Assembly (NCBI RefSeq): GCF_006345805.1
Contig: NC_043018.1
Location: forward strand, 7,378,001 to 7,442,000
Direction of reading: 5' to 3'
DNA: 64,000 nt
Source of the DNA: Octopus sinensis
Taxonomy: Eukaryota
A program made the position numbers and the translations under genes. This document shows, in pieces, positions 35,157 through 47,492 of this stretch (the stretch's first letter is position 1; the number at the start of each line of letters is the position of its first letter). The notes below the pieces were generated by a model, which did not search any database, was not told the DNA's origin, and saw only the letters and a program-made list of their open reading frames with translations.

Positions 35157-35392
35157 TACCTATTTCTTTACTACCCACAAGGGGCTAAACACAGAGAGGA
35201 CAAACAAGGACAGACAAACGGATTAAGTCGATTACATCGACCCCAATGTGTAACTGGTACTTATTTAATCGACCCCGAAAGGATGAAAGGCAAAGTCGAC
35301 CTCGGCGGAATTTGAACTCAGAACGTAACGGCAGGCAAAATACCGTTAAGCATTTCGCCCGGCACGCTAACGTTTCTACCAGCTCGCCGCCT
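35157..35392 (-). mobile_element. SINE family B
   Basis: Full consensus; TSD degenerate (TTACAATACC vs TTACTATGCC). Confidence 0.9.
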
Positions 35393-35847
35393 TATTACTA
35401 TGCCGGTTCAACCAACTGGGAATATGTGTAATGTATGATACATGGACACCAAAGAAATACGTCCTGTGTATCTCATGTGATACACAGTGGGGCAGGAAAG
35501 GGTTAAACAAACATAGTTTGTTCCCTCAACAGAAACTCTTAAACGAATTTAACAAAGTCAAATATTTATAATTGCCGACTGCAAAATCAGCAGGGGCGCC
35601 CACATCAATGATACAGCCGATATGGCTCGTAAGATGATCCGTTGGGTCCCCAGGAATTTTCTAGTTTAGAAATCCAGATGCCCTCATTCTTTTCTTCTAT
35701 ATGTTTGCTCAGTCGGACATCGAAAAGTGTTACCGACTATGGTCTCCCCTTACTGAACTAATACAAGTGCTGAAACACTAGGGGGTCAATTGCAAAACAA
35801 CAACAACAACAATATCAACAGCAACAACTACAACAACAACAACAGCA

Positions 35848-36050
35848 GTGGAGGCGCAATAGCCCAGTGGTTACGGCAGCGGACTCGCGGTCGTAAGAAC
35901 GCGGTTTCGATTTCCAGACCGAGCATTGTGAGTGTTTATTGAACAAAAAGGCCTAAGCTCCACGGGGCTACGGCGGGCGGGCGTACGGGCGGGCGGTGGG
36001 GGGACCCCGTTGTACTCTTTCACGACATCTTTCTCTCATTATTTCTTTCT
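35848..36050 (+). mobile_element. 5' part of the V-domain SINE family
   Basis: GTGGAGGCGCAATAGCCCAGTGGTTA...CCTAAGCTCCACG matches the head of 50479-50790. Confidence 0.65.
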
Positions 36051-36439
36051 ATTTCTGCTGCAAAGCACAGGAACCATGGTGTAACCCACTATGGTGTGGT
36101 AAACCTTCAGGTTCTAGACTAGATTGCAAATCCTCTGTACCCCAGGATGGTTCAGCTCTCCACCTGATTGGAAGAAGAAGAAGAAGAAGAAGAAGAGAAG
36201 AAGAAGAAGAAGAAGAAGAAGAAGAAGAAGAAGAAGAAGACAACAGCAACAGTAATAATGATAATGATAATGATGATGATGATGTTAACAACAACAACAA
36301 TAATGAAAATGGCAGAGAAGGGATGAGTCGACTACATCGACCCCAGTGTTCAAGTGGTACTTATTTTATCGTCCCCGAAAGGATGAAAGGCAAAGTCGAG
36401 CTCGGTGGAATTTGTATTCAGAACGTAAAATGAAGAAAA

Positions 36440-36830
36440 AAAAAGAAGGAAAGAACATCCATGATAATCGACATAGCATGTCCCGGTGACAACAGGACCT
36501 AAGAGAAAGAAGAAGAAGAAAAAACTGAACAACTGTGGTAATTTGAAGTGGGAAATACGAAGGTTGTGGTTCATGAAGAGAATAGACGGGGTACTAACAC
36601 ATAATTGGTGCACTTGGAAGTATCAGCACTCAACTACCAACAGGGCTCAAAAAGATTGGTACAAATGCAAAGGTAGAACACTTACAAAAACCAGCATTGC
36701 TTGGAACTGCAAGAATTCTGCACAGGGTTCTTGAAGCATGACCAGTAAACAAGTGTCATCTTAATCTGCTTGTTGGAGGCAGCTAACACTTTTCATCATA
36801 TCCAGCAAAATAAGCTGTGAGATTTAATTT
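36440..36830 (+). mobile_element. 3' end of an RLE-type non-LTR retrotransposon (R4/Dong-like), frameshifted
   Basis: IIDIACPGDNR, LKWEIRRLWFMK, IIGALGSI and EHLQK.ALLGTARIL.RVL fit the PD-(D/E)xK endonuclease C-terminus. Followed by (TAA)n. Confidence 0.75.
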
Positions 36831-36952
36831 AATAAAAATAATAATAATAATAATAATAATATAATAATAATAATATAATAATAATAATAATAATAATAAG
36901 AAGAAGAAGAAGAAAAGAAGAAAGAAGAAGAAGAAGAAGAAGAAGAAGAAGA

Positions 36953-37350
36953 AGAGCACTCAGAGAGCGCAAACGTCCGCCGAGGCAACACCAAAGTTCT
37001 CTCAAAGACTAGCCAGAGATGATTTTTAAAGTGAGAATATCTGAAATAAAGTCGACTGTTTTCACAAACGAGAACATTAAACATTAATTAACCCGACCGC
37101 TCTCGAAAATTAAGAAAAAAAAAAACGAAAAAAAAAAAAATAACCAGGAAAAATAATTCAGAATCCTTGTCCGGTATCGGATTGACTACTAAAATCTAAT
37201 CAGTTTGTGCCAGTCGTGAGGCCAAACATACCTGAATGTTTCATCCGAATCCATCCTGCGGTTCTTGAGATATGTTGTCCACGGACAAACAAACAAACAA
37301 ACAGACACTGCTGAAACAATACCTCTGCCTTCGCTAAGGCGGAGGTAATA
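36953..37350 (+). mobile_element. Helentron-associated non-autonomous element (HINE/DINE-1-like)
   Basis: Subterminal motif AACGTCCGCCGAGGC near the 5' end; 3' hairpin ACCTCTGCCTT CGCT AAGGCGGAGGT; internal (CAAA)n; no TSD. Confidence 0.6.
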
Positions 37351-37351
37351 A

Positions 37352-37904
37352 ATGCCCTGATGCAGTACCAGGCAGTGGCTCTCATGACTTCTGATCTTAA
37401 CTGATTGGAAGTGTTATCATGTACATTGTTTTGTCTTGGTATAAAAGATGGGCTACAGCAAATATTCTGCTCAATACCACAGATGTGCTTGTCACCTGTT
37501 TGACCTTAATCAGTTGAGCATGTCCTTTGGTGGCTGATAATATGTCCATTTCTGATCACGAGCAGAAGTAGTGGGGGATAATCGTAGCCATGTGTTGAGA
37601 GGAATTCTTTGGGATTTGGATAATTCATCTTTGGAAAAGTGTTTTGTTTAACATCCTTAAACAACCCTTATTCAGGGACTATTTGAGTTGAGATAAGCTA
37701 CTTGACCTGAAGAAAATTCTAACTGGGCCCCACTTGCAAGGTTATGCGCTATTTATCCTGATATGGGATCACCATGTCGCGCACATATGGTTGTGATGCA
37801 TGTGCCTGGTGTACCCTTAAGAGACGGGTACTCATGATGTGTATACTGGGCTTTGTATATTTTACCCCAGTGCCACTTTGATGGCATGCACTTCTCTCTC
37901 ACTC

Positions 37905-37945
<41 letters not shown>
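37352..37945 (+). mobile_element. interspersed repeat family E with (AAT)n tail (LINE 3' UTR or long SINE body)
   Basis: Three copies in the window; ends GCACTTCTCTCTCACTC(AAT)n; no ORF or tRNA head visible. Confidence 0.7.
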
Positions 37946-38375
37946 TAATTCTTTCTAATTTTGGGCTCTAAGCCATTACTTTTGAGGAGAGAGACAACTC
38001 GATTACATTGAACCAAGTATTTGATAGGCACTTTATTTTCTCATTGCAGTAAGCATGAAAAGCAAAGTTGTCCTCGACAGGAATTGAACTCAGAACATAA
38101 AGAGTGGGAGGGATGCCACTAAATAATTTTCTTCGACGTCATGGCTATTCTGTCAGCTTGGCCCCTTCGGTTTCAAATTTTGGCACAAGGCCATCAGTTT
38201 TGATGGGATTGTTTAATCGATGCTATCGACCCCGTACTCAACAATTACGTTATTTTATCAACCCCGAAGGGATGCCAGGCAAATTTGACACCTGCGTGAT
38301 TTGAACACAAAATCTTAAGAGTTGGAATAAATGCCGCAAAGCATTTGTCCGCTGCTCTAACGATTATTCCCGCTC

Positions 38376-38610
38376 ATAAGGCGGCGAGCTGGCAGAACCG
38401 TTAGCACGTCGGTCGAAATGCGTAGCCGTATTTCGTCTGCCGTTACGTTCTGAGTTCAAATTCCGCCGAGGTCGACTTTGCCTTTCATCCTTTCGGGGTC
38501 GATAAATTAAGTACCAGTTACGCACTGGGGTCGATGTAATTGACTTAATCCGTCTGTCTATCCTTGTTTGTCCCCTCTGTGTTTAGCCCCTTGTAGGTAG
38601 TAAAGAAACA
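38376..38610 (+). mobile_element. SINE family B inserted into an older, oppositely oriented B-like SINE
   Basis: 14-bp TSD GATTATT(C/A)CCGCTC at 38362-38375 and 38611-38624; diverged host at about 38170-38375. Confidence 0.88.
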
Positions 38611-39349
38611 GATTATTACCGCTCGTCCGCGTATTTTTGATAAATGTCTCTAATTTAAGCAGAAGGTCAGCGATTTTGTGGTGAGTTGATTGATAGCCGA
38701 TGTATCCTGTCGCAGTCCCTCACTGGTTTTTGTAATTGTATGAAAGGCAAAGTCGATCCTGGAAGGATTGGAATCGAGGACGTAAAGAGCTGGTAAAATT
38801 ACCGCAACGTATTTTCTCCTAACCCTTTATTACTGAGCCTACACTCTGTTCGACAACAAAGCCTACACTCTATTCAACAACACTGTAAACACTAAAGAAC
38901 TTCTACGCTGAGGAACATATACCATCAGTGTTTAACTACGATATTATCTAGCATCTAGTTTCGAAATTAGCCACATCTACAACCCTGAACCCTCCCCTGC
39001 CAATAATAAGTTGAAGTTTCAACCTAATCACATTACAATGCAACCTTTTTGCAGCTCGGTTAGCTCTACAACTGTGCAACATTATACGAAAACAGACCAA
39101 GAGAAGAGAAGATCTTATAACATTATAACATTCAATTGCACAAATTCCTCCGACAAATACCAAAGAAATAATCGTTAGCCACATATCACAACAACGAAAA
39201 CATTCTACTCGTGTGCACTATGATGTGGTAAAATACGATTTAAAAGATTTCGCTATAAAGCGCTTATTAAGTTATACATGACATGGGCAAATAATGGCGG
39301 AAACCTGTTTTTGTATATACATGCGTAATATGTATATATATAATGAGTG

Positions 39350-39560
39350 TGTGTCTTTGAGTCTGTGTTTGTTCCCCACTACAGCTTGACAACCGACGTT
39401 GGTGTGTTTACGTCCCCGTAGCTTAGCGGTTCGGCAAAATTATCAGTACGAGGCTTAAAAATACAAGACCTGTGGTCGATTTGTTTCACTAAAACCCTTC
39501 AAGGCGGTGCCCCAGCACGGCCGCGACCAAATTACTGAAACAAATAAAAGATAAAAGATA
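39350..39560 (+). mobile_element. SINE family A 3' half (variant)
   Basis: GCTTGACAACCGA...TTAGCGGTTCGGCAAAA...GGCGGTGCCCCAGCACGGCCGC. Confidence 0.75.
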
Positions 39561-39589
39561 AAGTGTATATATATGTGTATGTGTGTGTT

Positions 39590-40345
39590 TGTATGCATGC
39601 ATGTATGCATGTATGTATGTATGTATGTATGTATGTATGTATGTATGTATGTATGTATGTATGCATGCATGTATGTATGTATGCATGTATGTATGTATGT
39701 ATGTATGTATGTATGTATGTATGTATGTACGTACGTACGTATGTATGTAGGTATGTATGCATGCATGCATGTATGTATGTATGTATGTATGTATGTATGT
39801 ATGTATGCATGCATGCATGCATGTATGTATGCATGTATGTATGTATGTATGTATGTATGTATGTATGTACGTACGTATGTATGTAGGTATGTATGCATGC
39901 ATGCATGTATGTATGTATGTATGTATGCATGTATGTATATATGTATATATGTATGTATGCATGTATGTATGTAGGTATGTATGTATGCATGCATGTATGT
40001 ATTATGTATGTATGTACGTATGTATGTATGTATTATGTATGTATGTATGTATGTATGCATGCATGCATGTATGTATGTATGTATGTACGTATGTATGTAT
40101 GTATGTATGTATGTATGTATGCATGCATGCATGCATGTATGTATGTAAGCATGTATGTATGTATGTTTGCATGTATGTATTATGTATTATGTATGTATGT
40201 ATGCATGCATGCATGCATGTATGTATGTATGTATGCATGTATGTATGCATGTATGCATGTATGTATGTATATATGTATGTATGCATGTATGTATGTATGT
40301 ATGTATGTATGTATGTATGTATCTATCTATCTATCTATTTATCTA
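39590..40345. repeat. (TATG)n/(CATG)n microsatellite with higher-order duplication
   Basis: The block GTACGTACGT...GTAGGTATGTATGCATGCATGCAT recurs near 39728 and 39867. Confidence 0.9.
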
Positions 40346-40711
40346 TTTATCTAAGTTGTTATTTTGGGGAAATAGTCGTATCAAAGCTTGAGAAAGCAGT
40401 GAGCTTGCAGAATCAGTAGCGTGTCGGACAAAATGCTTAGAGACATTTCTTCGGGATCTTTACGCCCTGAGTTCAAATTCTGCCGAAGACACCAATTAAC
40501 GTAATTGATTTGTCCTCAGAATTGTTGGCCATGATCCCAGCAATGAACAAGCATTCCGTTCAGAAGAATAGTTGTGATTTCGTTCACTTACACGTTACGA
40601 AAACCAGATAACTGACTTCCATAGTTCTAGTGTCCAAGAAAAACATAAAATATCAAAGCCTGTAAATACATTTGTTGTTCACATCTGATTTTCAGTTATA
40701 TTCTCAAAAGT

Positions 40712-41118
40712 TAGGAGTGGCTGTGTGGTAAGTAGCTTGCTCACCAACCGCATGGTTCCGGGTTCAGTCCCACCGTGTGGCACCTTGGGCAAGTGTCTTC
40801 TACTATAGCCCCGGGCCGACCAAAGCCTTGTAAGTGGATTTGGTAGACGGAAACTGAAAGAAGCCCGTCGTATATATATATATATGTATATGTGTGTGTG
40901 TGTACGTTTGTATGTCTGCGTTTGGCTACCTAGCATTGCTTGACAACCAATGCTCGTGTGTTTATGTCCCCGTTACTTAGCGGTTCGGCAAAAGAGATCG
41001 ATAGAATAAGTACTGGGCTTACAAAGAATAAGTGCCGGGGTCGAGTTGCTCGGCTAAAGGCGGTGCTCCAGCATGGCCGCAGTCAAATGACTGAAACAAT
41101 TAAAAGAGTAAAAGAGTA
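40712..41118 (+). mobile_element. SINE family A, full copy
   Basis: Consensus head, microsatellite and AAAAGAGTAAAAGAGTA tail. Confidence 0.9.
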
Positions 41119-41459
41119 AATTGTTTTTGTGACATTTTCGCAATGAGCTGGATTTTAAAATTCTTCTGATTTTGCAGTATATTTTCCTCTGGTTTTATAC
41201 CGAATCTGTTCTAATTGTTGCCAACATAAAAACATGCACTGGTAGGATGATACATTGTGGTTGACATTATTCGGTGTTGCTCTCTTCATTCAATTTACTG
41301 GTTATCCGAGGGGTTAGTAATCTGTTTCCTGTATTCGTATACTCCGCATTCTAGCTTAATACTGTAATCTTTTCTATCTGTGGAAAGAAGTTTTACTAAG
41401 AATTCATTATCGATACATTACATTGATTAATATTGATCCATCTGTACGGCATCTTGATA

Positions 41460-41760
41460 GAAAATGGATGTTTTGTTCCTTTCATTGTATTTCCGCTAAC
41501 GTAAGGCAATCCTTTCACCTATTCTTCGAACAGTTTTTCCTATACAAATTCTGTTTTGCATCTTGATAGAGAACGGATTCTTGCTTTGCTTCATTATATT
41601 CCCCCCAGTATACTGCAATTCTTTCACTTACACTGTGGACTGTTTCTCCAATATGGCTTGAGGTGCTACTCCCATATTGCCATGGCATGCATCTCATGTA
41701 GTACACACTACGTTTCCAGATTTGCAGTTTACCAATGGGCTGGTTGTACCTACTCTATAA
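41460..41760 (-). pseudogene. decayed GIY-YIG endonuclease fragment, probably from a second Penelope lineage
   Basis: Minus NCKSGNV-VYYMRCMP.......HIGETVHSVSER......SVLY, with a frameshift; resembles the PLE C..NVVY..C..C...YIGET pattern. Confidence 0.5.
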
Positions 41761-42201
41761 TTGTTGTTCATGCAAATGCTTTTTTTTAAAGGAGTTTCAA
41801 TTACATAATAGTGCTTTAATAAATCTGCCTGCTTTTACTGCTATTTTCATTTTTATGTATTGTTTCATGTACTACTTTTCTCATTTTGTGGCGTAGTTAA
41901 TCGCTGATCATGGCATCCTTAAAATTTGCTGTCAGACCAGGAGCTGTTCTTGTCTTCTTTTCCCTTTCACATCTGCCATAGAAATTGCTCTACTGTAAAG
42001 AGTGCACTCCATTTGCATCATTACTGTCGACGATCTAGGTAAATTACACCGTAGAAATTCGGAGTGGTGGTCAGTATATAGAATGTCGCATTTGTCAACT
42101 CTAGATATAAATGTGCACTAATACCATACGTAGTATAACGAAGTCTTACCCATTAAAAAAACAAAACAAATCGAAGATAGCTACCACCACTACCACCACC
42201 A

Positions 42202-42233
<32 letters not shown>

Positions 42234-42323
42234 GTTATTGCTGCTCTAAATGAAATTCTTGCTACTGCTAGTACTACTAAAAGTGCGCGTGTTTTCATAT
42301 ATCTATCTACACACACACACACA

Positions 42324-42356
<33 letters not shown>

Positions 42357-42438
42357 ATATAACGTGTGTTGAAGGCAGAACAATGCAGAGTGGACTATAA
42401 TAACTGTTATAACTTATATATATATACATACATACACG

Positions 42439-42495
<57 letters not shown>

Positions 42496-42947
42496 GTCTA
42501 TCTAACTGTCTATCTATCTCTCTCTATCTATCTATCTACCTATCTATCTATCTATGTGTGTGTGTATGTATGTACAAAATATATAATTATATAAACATAA
42601 CTATGATAAGGGCACTAATGAGTAGCACCACATGCTAGAAATAGACGTCAAATAGCTCTAACAACTACATTATTTATCACATTGCACGGGCTGAAAGCGA
42701 GCGAGGTGAACAAAACGGATTTTTAAAAAGGGATTTCAAGTTTAGGGATGTAACACCCTTTAGCGTCATCAGTATGGTACACCTTTATGTACATAATTAT
42801 AAACATTTATACATACTCATATTAATATCACATATCAACAAGAGCATATACAAATATTCACATTTATATACAAGCTAAATCTAATTCATTTACCTCAGCC
42901 AAGTGCGACTACGACCAAAAGTAATTTACGCACATATCTTTATCTAT

Positions 42948-43001
<54 letters not shown>

Positions 43002-43033
43002 GTCTATCTATCTATCTATCTACCTATCCATCC

Positions 43034-43081
<48 letters not shown>

Positions 43082-44043
43082 GTTTATATACATACATATT
43101 CATGTATACAAATATACATGCATATATATATATATATATATATATATGTGTCTGTATATATACATATATATATATACATATGTGTCTGAGTGTGTGTGTT
43201 TGTATATATATATATATGTATGCATGCATGTATATACATACATATTTAGTATATTTACATACATAAAAACACACGTGCGGGCACAAACTCATATATACCG
43301 TATCTAAACTTTATTTACACAACCACGTATTTGCATACATACCATCCTGGCCTTAATATGAAAGCCCCAGGGAACCTCACAACAGAACAGTCATATTTAA
43401 ATATGCAGTCTTTTTATATCCCAAGGGCCTTTTGTGAGAGAATATAAACAAAAACTACCCAAAATATCAAATCTGAAAAATTAAACCATCTTATATCTCT
43501 CACTCCTTCTTAGATTTTGTTTTACTTATTATTAGAAATGTGAAAATACTTCTGCTTTATATACTTGTGAAGTGAAGAAGTGTGTGGATGTTAAATTTAT
43601 GTTGTTGCTCTGTATATATTTCTAACTTATCTTGCAACAATGTAAATAGGTTTATTTCGAGAGGGAATCTAGGCTTGCCTTTTTTGAGCATTCACTTAAA
43701 ATGACTTCAGAGGTAGGAGTGGTAGATATTTCTACATACAGGCGTCCCTTGCTTAACACGATTAAACTAGCCTCCCGCAGCCGGTCTGGTTTTCTCGCAT
43801 ATACCAAGCAAAACAAAGTTAATCAAATTTAAAAATCAATAGGAATAATTATAAGAAATCCAAGAAAATTAAAAAAAAAAAAAATAAAGCACTTTGGAAT
43901 TACCGAAAATAATTTTTATTTATGCATTTTGTTTATTGTTGTAGAAATAAATTTATAAAGTGTTTATTTTCAACTGGTTTTAGCTTTTTGTTTTTCCAGC
44001 CTTGCATATATTTTTCGTTAACAAGCAATTTGATTATGTAAAC

Positions 44044-44151
44044 CTTGGCGAATGAGCAAATTTCTGTCAACATTTCGATTCGTATCCATTTATCGTTGTT
44101 GGCCAATTCTTTATCCCCAAGAAATTCACGAAGTTCTTTCCCTGTCATTCT
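44044..44151 (-). CDS. candidate internal coding exon (108 nt, phase 0-0), product unassigned
   Basis: Acceptor TTTACTGTTCACTAACAG, open frame RMTGKELREFLGDKELANNDKWIRIEMLTEICSFAK, donor AAG|GTTTAC. Unique non-repetitive sequence. Confidence 0.35.
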
Positions 44152-44291
44152 CTGTTAGTGAACAGTAAATTCAAACTCCTCCAGAAGTAAATAGTTGTCC
44201 AATCGATTTAAAAACGCTGTCGTACTTGATGGTAAAAATGTCACTTCCAGGGCTTGCAGCCTCGTTGTTAATGGTTATGGTATTCGGATAA

Positions 44292-44509
44292 AAGGCGGCG
44301 AGCAGGCAGAAACGTTAGCACGCCGGGCGAAATGCGTAGCCGTATTTCATTTGCCGTTATGTTCTGAGTTCAAATTCCGCCGAGGTCGACTTTGCCTTTC
44401 ATACATTCGGGGTCGATTAAATAAGTGCCAGTTATGCACTGGGTCGATATAATCGACTTAATCCATTTGTCTGTCCTTGTTTGTCCTCTCTGTGGGTAGT
44501 AAAGAAATA
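44292..44509 (+). mobile_element. SINE family B with 19-bp TSD
   Basis: GGTTATGGTATTCGGATAA at 44273-44291 and 44510-44528. Confidence 0.92.
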
Positions 44510-45449
44510 GGTTATGGTATTCGGATAATGATTCTCAGATCGAGGTTCAAATCCTAAGCGGTGTGTTATGCTCTTGAAGGAGACACAACGTTCCACATTG
44601 CTCCAGTCTTTATTCTTTTTATTTTTCTTGAGCCTTAGGACTCATAAGACTGGTCACCCAGTTTCCATGACTTATAAGGGACCTAAATCACAACATTCCT
44701 CTGAATGCGACGTCGGTCAATTGCAGCGTTCAAAAGTAGCTATTTCAAGGGGAGGAGCAAATCGACTACATCGTCCCTCATAACCCTTGTACCTCCTTTT
44801 ATCGACTCTGAAGGAACGAAAGACAGTTGACATCGGTTGCATTTCAAATCAGAACGTAAAAATTTGGTAGAAATCTCGCAAACCATTTTTTGAGCAGCCT
44901 TCTCCCATCACTAGTTGTCACATCCTGGATGCCCCCTTGGGTTGAGATTAAGGGGAACCAAAAAGGGTCTCTGTTTGCTTGCAACTGCAAAAGCATCCGA
45001 AGCAGTTAGCGAAAGTATGGCACTAGTTACCAAACCGTACACACTCGAGAGAGACTGCTGGATTTATTGTACTTTATACGTTAGTACATAAATCACTATG
45101 GCGTTAAGATGCTCTGAGTATATTAAAAAATTGTTGAAACTTTGAAAGCTAAATAAAAAAAAATTTCTGTAATAACTTTTAAATTCCGTATGAAAATATG
45201 ATGTGAGCTAATGTTTGAATAATGCTTTAAGGTCTTATACCGTTATATTCGGCTGCCAATGTCAAGGAAAGTTGACGAATAATTATCAGGTTTACTTCAA
45301 AGTCTCTCCCTGGATTGCCTCCAAGTAAAAGGGTCTAATCGGTCTTTTGATTTTGGTTGTGGTACTTCACTTATTGTAAAAAAAACACAACCCAAAAATA
45401 CAAAAACAAAAAACCCAAAGGTGGCATTTTGCGTAAGTGTCTTCTAGTT

Positions 45450-45780
45450 GCAGGCGTGGTTGTATAGTAAGTAATTTGTTTTCCAACCATATGGTTTCGG
45501 GTTCAGTCCCGCTGTGTTGCAACTTGGACAAGTGTCTTGTACTATAGCCCCGGACCGACCAATGTCTTCTGAATGAGTTTGGCTGACGGAAACTGCGTGA
45601 AAGTCTTTGTGCTGGTGACAACTCGATGTTGGTTTACATACATTCAACGAACTTAGCGGTTCAGCAAAACAGATTTTAAAAATACTGGGAAGTTGGGTGC
45701 ATTTGTTCCACTAAACTCTTCAAGAGTGTGCTCTAGCATGGCCGCAGTCCAATGATCGAAGCAAGTAAAAAGTAAAACGA
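45450..45780 (+). mobile_element. diverged SINE family A lacking the internal microsatellite
   Basis: GCAGGCGTGGTTGTATAGTAAG...GGTTCAGTCCC...CTAGCATGGCCGCAGTC. Confidence 0.7.
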
Positions 45781-45829
45781 TAAAACAAAATCCCTTGATA
45801 CATTTTCTTCTAGAAATGTCGGTTTCGTC

Positions 45830-46340
45830 ATTGCTGAAGATTTGCTTTGACTACTTTTGTAATTATTTTCTTAGATTAATTTCTTAAAACATAGGAATTA
45901 CATTTATCTAACACGTTCTCTGCACTCGTACATTCTGTTATTTTTATGTTCTCCATTGCTGTTTGAGGTTTGACATTTTCTAACCAACATTTACTGGCAC
46001 GAAATGTTACAGTCACCTCTTGATATTTATTTTCGTTCAGTTGCGAAAAAAACGCTTTGATCATAATATTCTTGGTGTCAATTAGAATTAGTTTCTGATT
46101 ACAAAATCCCCCAACCGAAGTATTTATAGATTTGCCATCTCAACAATTGTTGGACTTCAATTCCTAGCATACTGCATATTTAACGATGTTATACACCACT
46201 CTACCTTAATCTCGCTACTCGTTCTCTCTTTCCGTAATTATCGTTGGCTCATTGAAGTCTTACCCTGTTCTGAGCTTAGTTTTGTTTTATCCCACGATCA
46301 GACGTTCTTATAATTTCAAGTTTAATGTCTAAAGAATTGA
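45830..46340 (-). mobile_element. decayed Tigger/pogo-type transposase N-terminal fragment
   Basis: Minus SLDIKLEIIR (psq-type HTH) and IKAFFSQL...FRASKCWLENVK...NIKIT (CENP-B-type HTH), with stops and frameshifts. Confidence 0.6.
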
Positions 46341-46683
46341 AGATGCAGCAATAGAAAAGCGCCAGCTTCAACATTCGATCCTCAGAAGTGGAGTGATTGT
46401 TAAAAAAAATAAGAAGCCTCAGTTTGGTTTCCGCGCCTATCCTCGCCAATCTCTTTACTCATTTACTTGTTTCAGTCATTTGACTGCGGCCATGCTGGAG
46501 CACCGCCTTTAGTCGAGCAACTCGACCCCGGGACTTATTGTTTTGTAAGCCCAGTACTTATTCTATCGGTCTCTTTTGCCGAACCGCTAAGTAACGGGGA
46601 CATAAACACACCAGCATTGGTTGTCAAGCAATGCTAGGGGAACAAACACTGACACACAAACACACACACGCATATATATATAT

Positions 46684-46763
<80 letters not shown>

Positions 46764-46974
46764 TACCGGAGTAAGCACATAAATGTGAAAAAGGTGGAAA
46801 AAAGAGTACTCAAATACCAGAGGTAGAGTAATATGCTTTATTTAAAGCAGCAGAAAATTCAACAAAACCTGTTACTCTGAGTTTCCCGTTGCCGTTCATA
46901 AAAACTGTCCGATGAACGGCAACGGGAAACTCAGAGTAACAGGTTTTGTTGAATTTTCTGCTACTTTAAATAAA

Positions 46975-46975
<1 letters not shown>
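46764..46975. mobile_element. Penelope-type fold-back element with 64-bp arms and a hammerhead spanning the loop and right arm
   Basis: Arms 46836-46899 and 46912-46975 (1 mismatch); a second family member starts at 63906. Confidence 0.75.
46905..46942 (+). ncRNA. minimal type I hammerhead candidate (U4 to C variant)
   Basis: CTGT CCGATGA A CG GCAA CG G GAA ACT CAG AGT A ACAG: 4-bp stem I, GNRA-capped stem II, 3-bp stem III, GUA triplet. Confidence 0.6.
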
Positions 46976-47019
<44 letters not shown>

Positions 47020-47457
47020 ATACATATATACGACAGGCTTCTTTCAGTTTCCGTCTACCAAATCCACTCACAAGGCTTTGGTCGGCTCAAGGCTATAGTA
47101 GAAGACACTTGCCCAAGGTGCCACGCAGTGGGACTGAACCCGGAACCATGTGGTTGGTAAACAAGCTACTTACCACACAGCCACTCCTGCGCACGAAATG
47201 GGGTTTCTGCAAAGGATGTCTGATGCAACGTTACTCTGCAGAATGCTTAACTTGCAGAACAGGAAGTTTTTCCGGTCGAGCCGCTACTTTCCCGCATTTA
47301 CAAGTCACTGTTCTGGTGTCACAAATATGTGAATAGAATGTCGCAGGAAAAAATTTGCAAGACGGATTCTTCAAACCGAGCAAACCGCCAGGAGACTTAG
47401 GGCTAGACCAAGAAAAAGATGTTTAAGTAATATCCATAGTCTCACTTGCATATGGTA

Positions 47458-47492
<35 letters not shown>

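Larger units (their letters stand above)
46455..47212 (-). mobile_element. SINE family A with a Penelope-type hairpin element inserted in its (TA)n
   Basis: A 3' half at 46455-46680 and A head at 47030-47212, with the insert at 46764-46975. Confidence 0.88.

Noticed and set aside
39455-40419. long MYVC/HTYI ORFs (also 32958-33452, 54688-55960, 57548-58582, 61625-62694)
   Set aside because: Translations of tetranucleotide and dinucleotide microsatellites.
41981-42037. 57-nt plus-strand segment with a strong polypyrimidine acceptor and AG|GTAAAT donor
   Set aside because: One open frame gives no recognisable peptide and it cannot be linked to other exons. Splice-like motifs arise often by chance in 64 kb of AT-rich DNA.
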